In this document: positions 1 to 20,690 of the stretch, piece after piece
How positions within the stretch are numbered: position 1 is the stretch's first letter
How the letters are laid out: every line of letters starts with the position of its first letter
Assembly: GCA_012295275.1 (NCBI GenBank)
Contig: CM022665.1
Span: 23,250,001-23,314,000, forward strand
DNA from: Chrysomallon squamiferum
Taxonomy: Eukaryota > Animalia > Mollusca
Length of the DNA: 64,000 bases
Direction of reading: 5' to 3'
Made by a program: the position numbers and the translations under genes
Notes under the pieces: generated by a model
What the model saw: only the letters and a program-made list of their open reading frames with translations
Told to the model about the DNA's origin: nothing
Databases searched by the model: none

Positions 1-1777
1 CGCTCTAATGTTTTCTAATATACAGTGAAACGGGCCATATAATCCGTGATACCTTGTACCTCTCTAGTTATTCTCTAAATATCGCTGATGGTTATTATGG
101 GCAGCTCCACAGGGACGGATGTTACATTCAGAGGGAAAAGAGCCAGGGATATTTATGGCTTGATGGGTAATCAGAAATAAGTGCGAAACGCAAGTTACAT
201 CCAAAGGAAATGGGCAAAAACCAACAGAAACCATAAAATTGATGAAATAAATATTTGCCCTTGGAGTGAAGATGACATGTTTGTAGAAGACTGTTACTTA
301 CAATTCACCTTGAAAACAAAGTATAAAATTATTACATAAATTGTGTGTGACGGACGTTACCCTAGCGGATATTACATTTTGTCCGTTGATAAAAAAAAAT
401 AATAATAAAAAAAAATAAAAAGATGAAGTTCTTTGTTCATAAGTACTAGAACCTGGTCCATCGCTGTAAATATTAATGATGTGGCTTTGGTGACTTTTAA
501 CAAAACCTTCATAGACATTTAATATTATACTTAAGCCATAGGTGATTTGCCATTTTCTCCTTTGAATTGTTCATTCACCCTTATTCAGCATCCTGCAATT
601 GTTCTAAAGATAATGTTCATCTAATAACTATTGAAAATTTTCTTAGAAAATCACGGCAGAGGAACGTTCCATACAAATGAAAAAAGTATTTGATTTTATA
701 TGATACTGATTCATTAAAAATTAATGGATGTGAAAAAAAAAAAAAGAAAGAAAAAAAAAGATAAATGTACTGTCATCTATCATATTTAAAGGTTGTATCG
801 GAATATGTGGTTAATAGAAATCGGGATCCTTTTCACAGATCATGGTAACCTTTCATTCATCTTAGATCGGAACTCTCCATATTTACCAGTAATGACTTAC
901 TCACATCTGTAGAAGATTAAGTATTAGCGAAATCACATACACGTACACACGCACACATGTACACATATACGTACATACATATAGGTACATACATACATAA
1001 ACACATACATACATGAATACATAAACTTTAATATTTTAACACCAACGCAGTTAAACAGATAAGCACACATTGTAATATATGCGTTCACGAGGAATGTATT
1101 TTCAAAAAATTCATCAGTTAACTCCACAGACATATATATTAACTGTATAGATGACCTGATTATGTCAGTAACGTTTGTCGAAATTTGAATTCAATGTAGA
1201 CGAAATAAAGCTGCAAAGCTCTGTGTCAAATATGAAATCCATTATCAGAAACATCTGAGAAAAAAAAAAAAAAAAAGTAGGTGGAAGCCTTATTAAATTG
1301 CCAAGTTAGCCACTACCAAAAAATATTTTTGTGACACATTTAAATCAATGAATGAATGAATGGACATTCTGTACAATCTATCAGCTAGAGGATATATATT
1401 CTGAAGCTGTCTTGACTGAACATATTATTATCTATAACGTTATCTATATGACTGAATTTACCTCTCTATTTGATGTGCTCGGCAAACGTAGGTAGCGGCA
1501 AGAAGGAGACAAAAAGATTCTTCACACATGGGACCAAACTGTATCCTCATCTGTAACACAGTGCTTTAATTTCCATTCAGACAAAGCTGTAAGACTGGTA
1601 TATCAAAAGTCAATACCAGTCTCCTAATGGGGGGGGTTCTCTTACAAAAACCCTCTCCCGAAAAAAAAACACAAAAAAAAAAAACAACAACAAAAAAACA
1701 ACAACAAAAAAAAAAAAGAACAAAATAAAAACATAGGCGTTTGACAAATAGTAATTACTAACATTAACCTTATTGGG

Positions 1778-1846
<69 letters not shown>

Positions 1847-1941
1847 CGCCCTCTGTTTATCCATCCATCTAATTTTTTTAAATGTATTTTTTTTTCAATT
1901 TTTTTTTTTTTTTTTTTTTATTTTTTTTATTATTATTATTT

Positions 1942-1999
<58 letters not shown>

Positions 2000-3278
2000 A
2001 ATAATGACACAGATATTTTTTTATCATATCCCAAGGACGTCTTTACGTAGTCAATACCTTTCATGCATTAAGTCATGCTGTGTTTCTTTTGAAATACGTT
2101 GATGAAAGTTCTGACAAGCACACAAAGATGTTAATGTTTTCCGACTACCGATTTATCTATAAGAGAGGTCTGTAGTCTCTGTCATTAAAATAATGAGTAC
2201 TTTAAATCATTCTGTTAATGTCAAATATCACCATCTTGTTTTCACATTTTAAAACGAGTATAACATAAAACAAATCTTAAATCGTAAAGGGTGCATGACG
2301 ATACCGTTCATTCTTGTAGAAAATATAATTCTATTCTCTACATGATGTCGCCAATTATGGCTGCTCCAACTGGCTGTTTCCTACCCATAAAAATAAGGCG
2401 TTCGAGGGTGGGATACTCTGATTGATGACATAAAATAGCAGTAGACATTTTTAGTGTTAATATTTTAATAATATGAAACTAATCAGCGTGGATTTAGGAG
2501 CAGAAGTAATATGTTGTGAAGAATTTAAGAAGAAGATTTCATTGAGAGAATGTATTTTTTTTTTCTTAGACTAGTGATAAAACCTTTGTATAACAAAGCA
2601 TTTGAGACAAACTGAATAATAAATGATTATTTAAAATTTATATTTTCAGATGGTGAAGATTATGGAGATGACGTCATCAAGGAAATAATTCCCATTTCCG
2701 AAAATTTGTGTTTTTCTGTCAAACTAAAATGACATAAAAAAATTCTAATACTAACAGTACATAAAGAAATAATAATAATAAATACTGAATTATATAAAAA
2801 TAGACTTTCTGCTCTACGTTTTTATCTCTATATTCTCTACTTGTTTGAAGACGTTTTGATTTGTTTTTATATACAAATATCATTCTAGACGTTCACACGT
2901 TCTCGCGAATTTTTGTTGCTTTTGTTGAAGATTTTATTTGTGCTAAAGGCTGTTGGTTTTCTTTATGACTATCAAACCAATCTAAATGACGCCAAGATTT
3001 TCCGTTTGTCCGTCTGGTCAGAAACAAAGAATCCCTGTAGCAACTGTAGGTAAAAGATATTTTGATTAATAACAGGTCGCATTACACGCTTTATCGAACT
3101 GTCACCAGTGGAAAAGAAAGAAATATTTACTTTTGATACACTAAATGTTGTAACAAAGATAACTATAAAGTATAATGTAAGTTTAGAGGTTGAAAGAAAA
3201 TACCGGATATTCCTAAATAAAGGACTGTTATCAGTTTAAATTAAATATATGGTTCATTCAAAAAGAGTAACAATATTA

Positions 3279-3351
3279 GTCCCCGTAGCGCAGTGGATAG
3301 CGCGCTGGACTTCTAATCCAGAGGTCACGGGTTCGAGTCCCGTCGGGGATG
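3279..3351 (+). tRNA. tRNA-Arg (anticodon TCT), intronless, 73 nt
   Basis: Folds to a full cloverleaf: acceptor GTCCCCG/CGGGGAT, D arm GCGC-AGTGGATA-GCGC, anticodon arm CTGGA-CTTCTAA-TCCAG, T arm ACGGG-TTCGAGT-CCCGT, discriminator G. T-runs from about 3375 fit a Pol III terminator. Confidence 0.95.
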
Positions 3352-3780
3352 AGCATAATGGTTTATGGGAATCGTTTTTCTTTTTTCTTTAAACTCGTTG
3401 TCTAAAGTTCATTTTTTTACGTAGAGTCATACACACTGTATACGCACTTACAAGCATACACTCACACGCACACACACATGCATACGTATACACATGTGTG
3501 TGAGAAACTGGGTGACAAAAAAATGGGTGATGTTAAATTATATGTTTACTGCTTCTCTGAAAAACCATTTCGATATTTCATTGAAAATTACTGGAGCATT
3601 AATTGTGATGACGTTCGCGTGTCTGTTAAACAGCACGGAACCCCTCAAATAGCCATTTAAAATAAAATTTTATTATACTGAAATACGGAATTTAAAAAAA
3701 TAAATAAATGAAGATAACAGTACTATTATTGTGTCCTTCGAAATTCTATTAAAACGTATTTTTCTTCAGCAATAAAAATA

Positions 3781-3818
<38 letters not shown>

Positions 3819-4899
3819 ATTAGTGTTTTCGTGCATGAACTAGTATCCCGTTTATAAGATTTTATTGCAATCATAGTGTGTGTAATTGTAAACCTGTTTT
3901 GAAGATGTGATCTTTATTTTTTTACTCTTTTTTCTTTTTTTCTTCAGAAGACATAATTCGCTGTAAATCTTTATAACAAATACCGCATAAAGATACCGGA
4001 TGTCATTTATTTGACAACTTGTTATATTTTTACTAGGTCAGGCGTCATGATAAGAGTCTGGTAACTTAAATAAAATGATAAAATTACGTTTTCACAATAT
4101 ATTTCCATGTGTTGTTTGAGACGCTGTATTGTGAATAAATCATCTTTCTAGATTTGTAAGAATTCTATCTTCTTCTAAAATATAAGTGTTTAGACTAAAA
4201 GGTCCTATGTAAACTAGTTTCTTATTAATACTGTTTACGAAATAAATAAAATAAAAAAATAAATAAATCCATAAATAAATAAATAAATAAATAAAGTCTA
4301 GAAACACAGTCACCCTGTTGTTTCTGAATATTTTAGAGAATATTTAATTATTCATATAATATCTTAAATATATTGAAATAAAAAGTATTCTTGAGAGACA
4401 TTTGACAAAGGAATCTGTATCATATTTATTTTAATATACAAATCGTTAATTATATAAAAATGTTACTTAAAACAAAAACACGAACATAAATAAACCAACA
4501 AACAAAAGTCAAAAACAAAAAAACAATAAATTAGAAACAAATCTGCATTAGAATACGGTTTGAAAAGTTAAACATGAATTTTGAATCAGACATTTTTGTC
4601 GTTTAATACTAAGAAAACTACTCAATAAAATAAATACCAAAAATAATAATAATAAAACCAAGAAAGACACGCTATACATATATACATTATTTTTTTTTTT
4701 TTTTTATTATTATTATTATTTTTTATATATATAATTTATAATTTTTTAATTTATATATATTTTTTAATTTTATTATTAAAAAAAAACAAAAAAAACACAA
4801 AAACAAAGCTAAAACATAAAAATTATAAATATTTGCCATCTATTATCTGCTTCTATTACACATTAAACAAAAAGGACATGTAGCTATTTATGTATTTTC

Positions 4900-4943
<44 letters not shown>

Positions 4944-5921
4944 CTTCGATAACATTTCATGAATAAAGCTCTTTCTCATTTCAAACAGTTGTAGTGTATA
5001 TATAAATAGTCATTTACAGTCATTCACTGAACATACGAACATCATGACAAAAACTTATAATACTTTTAGAAATTCTCAACGAAAGGTTCGTTGACATTGA
5101 GAGGTAATAAGCAACAAAGGCTCTTATGTTCAGGACATGAACCGTGATAAAACAGCTCAGATATGTAGACAAGATGTGGGGAATATTTTAAAGCTTTGCG
5201 TGTATTATTTATCTGCGAATTACTCCCGATGACAAAATCAGTAGGGGGATGCCTTAATGTGCATTTATCTATTACGAATTGTTTGATTTTCGTTTCATTT
5301 CAAAATTAAATCAGTTCGAAGAAATTCATGCCAACAGTAACCAAAGAGTCCTTCACCCCGACATCTCGGTTTTATTTCGTTTATTTCAGTTTTCAAAGAT
5401 ATCTCTATAGTTTGTGATTTCTAGTAAAAGAAAATGAAATTAGGTATGGAACAACATCTATTATGAATTTTTGATCATCGTTTTAAAGTGAAATATACAA
5501 ATATGATATTACATCGTGATCTAAAAAACAAGATTCAAGCTTCGAATGAGATATTTTAATTTGGTTGTAAATAAGAAACTTATCAGAACAAGTCTTTGTT
5601 AAAAGTAATTTACACGTCATTTGATAGTGTATCAGGTTTGTTTTTGTTTTTGTTGTTGTTGTTGTTGTTGTTGTTGTTTTATTAGGCGTACATATGTTTT
5701 TCTGTTTGTGTCACTTGAGTGGTTCTTTTCCCTTCTTTCTTTTTTGTAAATGTCTGTGTACATTTCTTTCTTTATATATGCGTATATGGTTGAAGACTGG
5801 ATGTATTAGAGTATTTGGGTTGTGTATGTGTGTATGTGAGGGATGATGTGATGAAAATGCTTTGGACGGATTAATATCTAGTTTCCTTCTGCAAATGTTT
5901 CCAAACAGGTAAAGAAATAAC

Positions 5922-5960
<39 letters not shown>

Positions 5961-7103
5961 TATAATAAAAATTAATAATAATAATAATAATATTAATAAT
6001 AATAAATAAATTTAATAAATAAATAAATAAATAAAAAATAATGATAACACTTTAACACAATTATAAAACACAACAGTCAAAAACTGGCATGTTTAGTCTG
6101 AATTCAAAAAAGAAAATATATGGTAAACAACGTTTCATTCATCGCTTAAAGCTCACCTTTGGTTAACGTGTCACAAAATTTGGATTTTTATCTGAAACGT
6201 GCAGGGATAGTGTCAGGTTAAAATGTCGTCTTTGGTCAGTTACTTGATCAGATATACACTAAGCAGAACCTAAGGCTATTTATTTATATAAATAGTACAG
6301 TAATTTTTTTAATGTCATTTTGTTGTTGTTTTTTTTTTTTTTTTTTTTTTTTTTTACTAATATAATGTCAATATTTAGCCATAAAGGGAATTTGTGAAAA
6401 CAGAAATATGACAGTATTTATTTTATTTCTTCTTATTTATTATTTTTTCTTTCCTTTAGGGACGTATATCTGTTTATGTGCGTGTGCGTATATAGACCTT
6501 TACATAATGTGTGTGTGTGTCTCTCTATCCATATTTCTATTCATTTCTCTCTTTCTTTCTCTCTATTTCTTCCTCACAAACATTTAGAAAGATCAGTGTG
6601 TAAGACATTTAAAAAAGAAAGGAAACACAACATTTTACCGCTAATACTATCATTATATCAGTTTAATATATTCTATATTGGTTGTTAATTTTATATTCGA
6701 CATCGGAATAGGAAAAAAACTACCGTTTATTTAAATGGTCCTATTTCGGATCGTAACGAGTCGACAGGAAAAATAAATGGCTACCTTTATTTCTGGCTGA
6801 CTGGAAAAATAAACTATATCTGCTATGGATACCTCAGATCTAATCAGATAACGAAAGTGTTTTTATAAGCTATTTGATGATGACTGTATATCGACATCCC
6901 TCAAAAACCTTTCAGATATAACTGCGCGTCAAGAATCAAGAAATTAAAACTTCAACACACCTAAGTAATAGTTTTATATATAATTAAAAAAAAAAAAAAA
7001 AAAAAAAAAATTAAACAACAACAACCGGATGAAAACATTTATGTGTCAGTGTATTACTACTGTATGGATAAATATTAATTTGAACTTTATAATACTGTCG
7101 TTG

Positions 7104-7105
<2 letters not shown>

Positions 7106-7193
<88 letters not shown>

Positions 7194-7209
7194 GCTGCTG
7201 CTGCTGCTG
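7106..7209. repeat. Compound microsatellite (ATT)n(GTT)n(GCT)n
   Basis: Directly visible. Confidence 0.95.
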
Positions 7210-8684
7210 TGGTAACTGCTTTTGCTTATTATAGTGTTTTATTATAAGAAAATGACTCCTACTTACACTACTACTACTACTATTTAACATAAACTGACAC
7301 AAAATTATAAAGAGGGCAAGACTGAGACTGTCAAAATCCAATTAATGGAGCTACGGAAACAACTGGAATTTTTAGGGAATGTTTCTAGGATATCTTTTGA
7401 AACAAATGCTCATACGTACGTGTTCAAACAAATTTATTGATCTGCTAATTTTTTTGTTTAGTTATATCATGGAAAAGGTTTAATATTAGAAAAATACTAT
7501 TTGTGAATCCCTTTTTAGCACTAAAATATGATGAATTAGGAACAAAAGATTATTTTCAAGAATATGCCAAACACTTTTAGGATGGGACCGGGTTATGGGA
7601 GCCCTATCATAAATTAGGGTTCACTTTAGGACATGATTTCTGATTCAGTTTTGCTGTTATGACCTATTATGACTGCAAGTCAGTCAGTATTTTCAATTTT
7701 GATATGTAATAATGTTGTATAATTTTTCTACGTAAATGTGTATTCTGTTCTGTCATTACAACTTCTTTGATCGTCATCTGTGTCTTCAGGCGTGACCAGG
7801 TTGAAAGCTGTCTCGTTCATTATCAGTGGGTATCTACTTTACATCTTCATAAACACCTCGCCCACTTGTGTGCAGGGACAAAGCCCTGTATTTTGTGAAA
7901 TGCTAAACTAATACGCTTCTAAAAGATATGATCTTAAAAGCACAGACATTTAGTGTTCGATTCATGGACTTTCCTGGTTTTTGTAACTCTAATTCAAATT
8001 AAGTCAACAATAAACTGTTTTTAAAAAGATGAAAATAATAACGATATGGTGTATTTATATATAAATATTAATATATTTATTTGGTATAATTGTTTGTAGT
8101 TTTTAAATGTGGAGCAACATAGAAAACTGAATGCATATTTTATAAAAACATATATCTTTAGTACAATTTAAATTGAAATCACCAGTTAGCAATTAAATTA
8201 ACTGATCATCATTATATTTGAAAATCTAAGATTTCTAACTGGTTGCAAATAAAATATGAGATATCGTGAAGCATTCATTCACTAACTTTCAATTAAGAAA
8301 ATTATAATATCTGTTTAAAGCTATAATAATTATTTTCTTTATTTTATCGTTCAGTTTGAAAAAATGTATGTACCTTTCTTTCATTTTCATTTTCATTTTT
8401 TTTTTTTTCTTTCTTTATTTTGTTACTTTCCAGACACTTCAATTTGTTTGTAACTGTATTTTATGAATCTGGGTTAATGTGTATGTCACAGACTGAATCA
8501 ACGATACGCCTTCCAACTCTGTTTAGCTCTTACCCCTGCGGTCTGTTTGTTTACAGTATCACTTAATTTAAAATGAGACTTGCTCGTGCTTTAAAATGGT
8601 GGATATTCCTATTCTCCCAAAAAGTAATTCGCTGCACGACTAGTATGCATGCAATATGCATGTGGTATTTTATAAAGACACAGA

Positions 8685-8782
<98 letters not shown>

Positions 8783-9215
8783 AAAAACAACAATAATATA
8801 AATTAAAAAAAAACAACTAAAAATTAATAATTAAAATAAATAAAATATTAAAAATTAAAATAAATATAAAATTAAAAATAATGAGAAAATATAATGAAAG
8901 AATAGAACAAGGAGCATAACATATAATACAAATATTTATTGCTAGACTCCTGTCTTGTTTTCCAGTTATTCAGTTTTGTTTACTTATATACGCGATAAAA
9001 ATAATTTTCATATTACATGTCATAAGCTGTCAAATTTTCCAGAAAGGTGTGAACAAAGGTGAACAGATTATGAACAGAACCAATAAGAGAAGAGAACGCA
9101 ACAACGTCAAAGGATGTACAAGCAACCTCTTTTCATGGAATGAGTCATTGTTAAGAGTAAGTTCATTATTATTTATATATTTGTTACCGCTATTGAAATT
9201 ATAATAATTGTTGTT

Positions 9216-9413
9216 TGACGTAAGTCCACACCTTTACACAGGCAGCCAATGAGAAACCGATTAGATGTCGGGTACCCTTGAAACACCCTTTTAAATCGAA
9301 TTTGTAAATTTGAATATGCAAAAGACGAAAATGTATAAAAACCAAGCTCAGGTCTATGTTATACAGAATTGACAGTTTTGATACAGAAAACTTTTCTACA
9401 TTGAATTGTAAGT
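9216..9413 (+). promoter_or_regulatory. Putative core promoter and non-coding first exon of copy 1
   Basis: TGACGTAA 9216, CCAAT 9246, TATAAAA 9334 and a GTAAGT donor at 9408. The ATG exon starts just after a splice acceptor (ttgttttcag, ending 11284), so an upstream UTR exon is expected. The CCAAT/TATA/donor arrangement is conserved in all four upstream regions. Confidence 0.55.
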
Positions 9414-9830
9414 ACTTCGAATTTTTTACTTTTTTATTTATTACTGTTGTATGTTATTTATTTAGAAGTGTGTTTTAGGTTTTCTCTCAAATGTAAAATT
9501 TCACTGTCTAATACTATTTAATGTATTTTAAAACGACGTTTGACATAACACATTAATTTAGTTTGTATAATAACCGAATGAACGTACATACACCTACACA
9601 CAGAAACACAGAGAAACACACACATACATGCATACATATATACATACACAGATATACATATAAATATATAAATATCTATGCATATATGCATACATTATAT
9701 ACTGACATATGTACATACATCAGTGCATACATACGTACATACACACATACACACACCAATACATCCATAAACACAGGGAAACACACTTACATACATGCAT
9801 ACATACCTACAAACATACGTACGTATATAG

Positions 9831-10045
9831 GGTTGTCTCGGTGGCCGAACGGTAACATCGTCCGCCTTCGAAGTGTGGGCGGATGGGTGCCATACGTTCG
9901 AGTCTCGTCAGCGGCACCTGGCGGGTTTGTGAGGTCATGATTAGACTTTGTCCTCCTGCGCCACTGCGTTCCCGAATATTTTCTGTGTGCAGAGTCTGTT
10001 AAGACGTAAATAAGACAGAGAATATTCAAAATCCTAAACTACATA
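9831..10045 (+). mobile_element. tRNA-derived SINE-like element
   Basis: GC-rich island with A-box-like TGGCCGAACGG (9842) and B-box-like GTTCGAGTC (9896), no complete cloverleaf, embedded in (ACAT)n-rich DNA. Absent from the equivalent position upstream of copy 4. Confidence 0.6.
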
Positions 10046-11294
10046 TACACTGTAGTGAGTATTTTACGGTCAGTTCAAGGTTACATATATTCATGGTTAA
10101 ATCAGAGTTCAGCAAAACAGTCATACGCATAACCTGAAGCATGTTTGATAAATAAAAAAAAGAAAAAAAAAAAATAATAATAATAAGAAGAAAAAGAAAC
10201 AAGAAACGAGAGAGAGAAAAAAAGAACAAATAAAAAGAAATAAACAAAAAAGAAATAACAGATGTGTATTACTTTCGTTGATTACCTCATGCTAGGAGCA
10301 GTTATCGGTGTCTTAAAGACAAAAACCCCATTATAACAAATGTAGTTCACGGAACTATACATCGTAATAGATATTCTGGTTTCTAAAGCAAGAAAAGCAT
10401 TCAAAGTCAATGATGAATTACTAGCGATGGAAGAAATTTATAGCGATTAAAATCAGCAGGCTCTGATGCAAACTGTTTTCCCAAATGTATCAGATTGAAA
10501 ACAGGTCGTAGTCTACACGTAGTTTATTCTACGTAATGAATTAATATATCGACTGATAAAAATACTCTCTTTTATTAGAAACTGGCATTTGTGTTTTTAT
10601 TTGTGTAAATTACGGGCAGACCAACCTCTTCGTGGCCTGTAAATAAAGAGTGACTTTATTTCAGCGTTACGATATACACTTCAGAGCTACAAGTACCCAT
10701 AAAAAAAGATTTACATGAACATGCATAGTAACACCTGGTTTCTGTAATTTATAACGTATATGACAGTGAATGAAATATTTATACGGAATTTGTTAATTTT
10801 CATTTTTTTATTAATGCGAAATCATTTAGAGAAGCCTGTGTGCAATATCTGCTATTCTATTGTTTTACTCTATTTTGCGTTTTTTATTTTATTTATTAGC
10901 TCACAGTAAATCTCTAATTGACTACTGACTATTCACTGGTCGCCCAGTTCAGTGATTATTAATTAAATTACTCAGTCATTTGTTATTGTTACAGCTCAAA
11001 CTTCTATATCCGAATATTATTTACAGACAGTCAAACCCGTTTCGTTTTTTCTTTCTATCTTTCGTACATTCTTTCTTTTTCTTTTTTCTTTTTTGTTTCT
11101 TATTATTTTTTAACTCCACCAACAGATGACTTCATAAATGGCGCCTTCTATATCTGACATTTCATATGTTTGTAACTTTATTTTGTTGTTTTTTTTTTTT
11201 TTTTTTTAAAGGGATAAAAGATTTTATTAGTTAGTGGTTGAGTGTTTACTGGTTATTTTATACAATTATTATTCGTTGTTTCAGTGCTGAAACA

Positions 11295-16366
<5,072 letters not shown>

Positions 16367-17506
16367 AATATTCGACCTATCATTTCTATTTCATTATGAA
16401 ATCCACGTAATAGTAACTTGCTTATTTTTACTCTTTGACAGAGCTGTACCTGAATGAACAAAATGAAACTGATTGTTTTTCACTATCGAAAGAAATAAAA
16501 TGATTTTGTAGAGATGCATTTAAATGATAGTGTACAGATCTGTCAAAGATACGCAATAGTTAATGTCTGAGTTTTGTATTTTTGATAAATTGAACGTATT
16601 TGTACTCATTTTGACACTATGTCATCTGCGGGAAGATAAAAGGCTCGTTATTTTGAAAGGTGTTTTAAAACTCATAGTTTTTAATATATCTAATCAGAAA
16701 CACACCCACAAGCATTTATTTTATTTGCACATTTTGCACTTTTTGCTATAATGAAAATGTATTTTGTTAATTAACAATACACGCCGATAAAAAACAACAA
16801 AAAGTAAAATAAAATAATAATAATATTAATAATCTATCATAGTTGTTATTGATAGGTACATTTTTGTTTCAATAATCAGGTTTTCAGCTTGTTCCATTCT
16901 TGCTGAACTGATGCAAATTTTAACGTTATTGAAGTCAGATTGGACTTAAATAGTTCCCAAAGTTTGTCTAGTTAGTTGCAGACTACCTTTGGCAGCATGA
17001 AAATATTTAAAAAAAGAAGATATATTGAAAGAAATGGGAGTCCTTTTTCTTGTAGAGGTTCTGATAGTAAATATATTTTGGCCATCCATTTACAGTTTCT
17101 TTACTTGCTGGTCTTTTTACTTCCAGATATTGTTTTTTTCTTCTGGTTGTTTGGCGTCTTTCTTAATTCTGGGGGACAATTCTAAAAGTGATGGTCAATA
17201 GAACATCTGGATTTCATTCTTTGATATTCTTCTTTATGGTAATAATCTTCTTGGATGGTTACGTTTACTTAATTTACTTTGATAGGAGTCAACAAGCAGA
17301 AATAAACAGAACAGATCATGAGAATTTTTAAATCAAACCAACATTTTATTACTGATCAGTTTGGATTTTTTCAAAAGAAATAAAGGAACAGAGCCAAAGA
17401 AACCACTAAAGTAAATAAAAATAACAAACAACACTGAAATCTACAACGAATATTTTGAATGTTTTTATTATTTTTATTTTTATTTTTATTATTATTATTT
17501 TTTTTT

Positions 17507-17706
17507 NNNNNNNNNNNNNNNNNNNNNNNNNNNNNNNNNNNNNNNNNNNNNNNNNNNNNNNNNNNNNNNNNNNNNNNNNNNNNNNNNNNNNNNNNNNNNN
17601 NNNNNNNNNNNNNNNNNNNNNNNNNNNNNNNNNNNNNNNNNNNNNNNNNNNNNNNNNNNNNNNNNNNNNNNNNNNNNNNNNNNNNNNNNNNNNNNNNNNN
17701 NNNNNN
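17507..17706. other. Assembly gap (200 N)
   Basis: Run of N between the 3' flank of copy 1 and the end of exon 6 of copy 2. Confidence 0.99.
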
Positions 17707-19527
<1,821 letters not shown>

Positions 19528-20039
19528 AATATTCGACCTATCATTTCTATTTCATTATGAAATCCATGTAATAGTAACTTGCTTATTTTTACTCTTTGAC
19601 AGAGCTGTACCTGAATGAAGAAAATTAGACTGATAGTTTTTCACTATCGAAAGAAATAAAATGGCTTTGTAGAGATGTATTTAAATGATAGTGTACAGAT
19701 CTGCCAAAGATACGCAATAGTTAATATCTGAGTTTTGTATTTTTGATAAATTGAATGTATTTGTACACATTTTGACAATATGTCATCATCTGCGGGAAGA
19801 TAAAAGGCTGGTAATTTTGAAAGGTGTTTTAAAACTCATAGCTTTTAAGATATCTAATCAGAAACACACCCACAAGCATTTATTTTATTTGCACATTTTG
19901 CACTTTTTGCTATAATGAAAATGTATTTTGTTAATTAACAATACACGCCGATAAAAAACAACAAAAAAGTAAAATAAAATAATAATAATAATAATAATCT
20001 ATCACAGTTGTTACTGGCAGGTACTTTTTTGTTTCAATA

Positions 20040-20690
20040 ATCAGGTTTTCAGCTTGTTCCATTCTTGCTGAACTGATGCAAATTTTAATTTTATTGAAGT
20101 CAAATTGGACTTAAATAATTCCTATAGTTTGTCTAGTTAGTTGCAGACTACCTTTGGCAGCATGAAAATATTTTTAAAAAAACAAGATGTATTGAAAGAA
20201 ATGGGAATCCTTGTTCTTGTAGAGGTCAGTTAAAGTGTGTTTGTGGTGTTGGGTTAATCAGCAATATTCTTCTTTAGACAATTGATATTTTCCTGCACAA
20301 ACTGTTCTGGGAATGCTGAATTCTTTCAGAGGCTTCCTGATAGTAAATACATTTTGGCCATCCATTTACAGTTTCTTTACTTGCTGGTCTTTTTACTTCC
20401 ACATATTTTTTTTCTTCTGGCTGTTTGGCGTTTTTCTTGATTCTGGGGGACAATTCTATAAATGATGGTCAATAGAACATCCAGATTTCATTCTTTGATA
20501 TTTTTCTTTATGGTAATGATCTTCTTGGATGGTTACGTTTACTTAATTTACTTTGATAGGAGTCAAGAAGCAGAAATAAACAGAACAGATCAGGAGAATT
20601 TTTAAATCAAACAAACGTTTTATTACTGATCAGGTTGTATTTTTTCAAAAGAAATAAACGAACAGAGCCAAGGAAACCACTAAAGTAAAT
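20040..20690 (-). pseudogene. Possible highly decayed transposase N-terminal remnant (pipsqueak-type HTH, pogo/Tigger-like); copies near 16880-17410, 34710-35360 and 55080-55730
   Basis: Minus strand reads ...DGQNVFTIRKPLKEFSIPRTV..., resembling the HTH_psq pattern IRKAAKEFGIPRTTL. Many stops and frameshifts. Confidence 0.3.

Noticed and set aside
1610-1997. (ER)n, (SL)n and poly-F ORFs here and at many other positions
   Set aside because: Products of (CT)n, (CA)n and poly-T tracts whose lengths vary freely between paralogs.
7147-7341. Poly-Q ORF on the minus strand and poly-I/V/A ORF on the plus strand
   Set aside because: Translation of a compound trinucleotide microsatellite; the tract is largely absent from the paralogous site near 43710-43760.
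9831-9920. Possible second tRNA gene (Ser/Leu-like)
   Set aside because: A and B boxes are present but there is no convincing acceptor stem or 7-nt anticodon loop, and the paralogs are decaying; called SINE-like instead.
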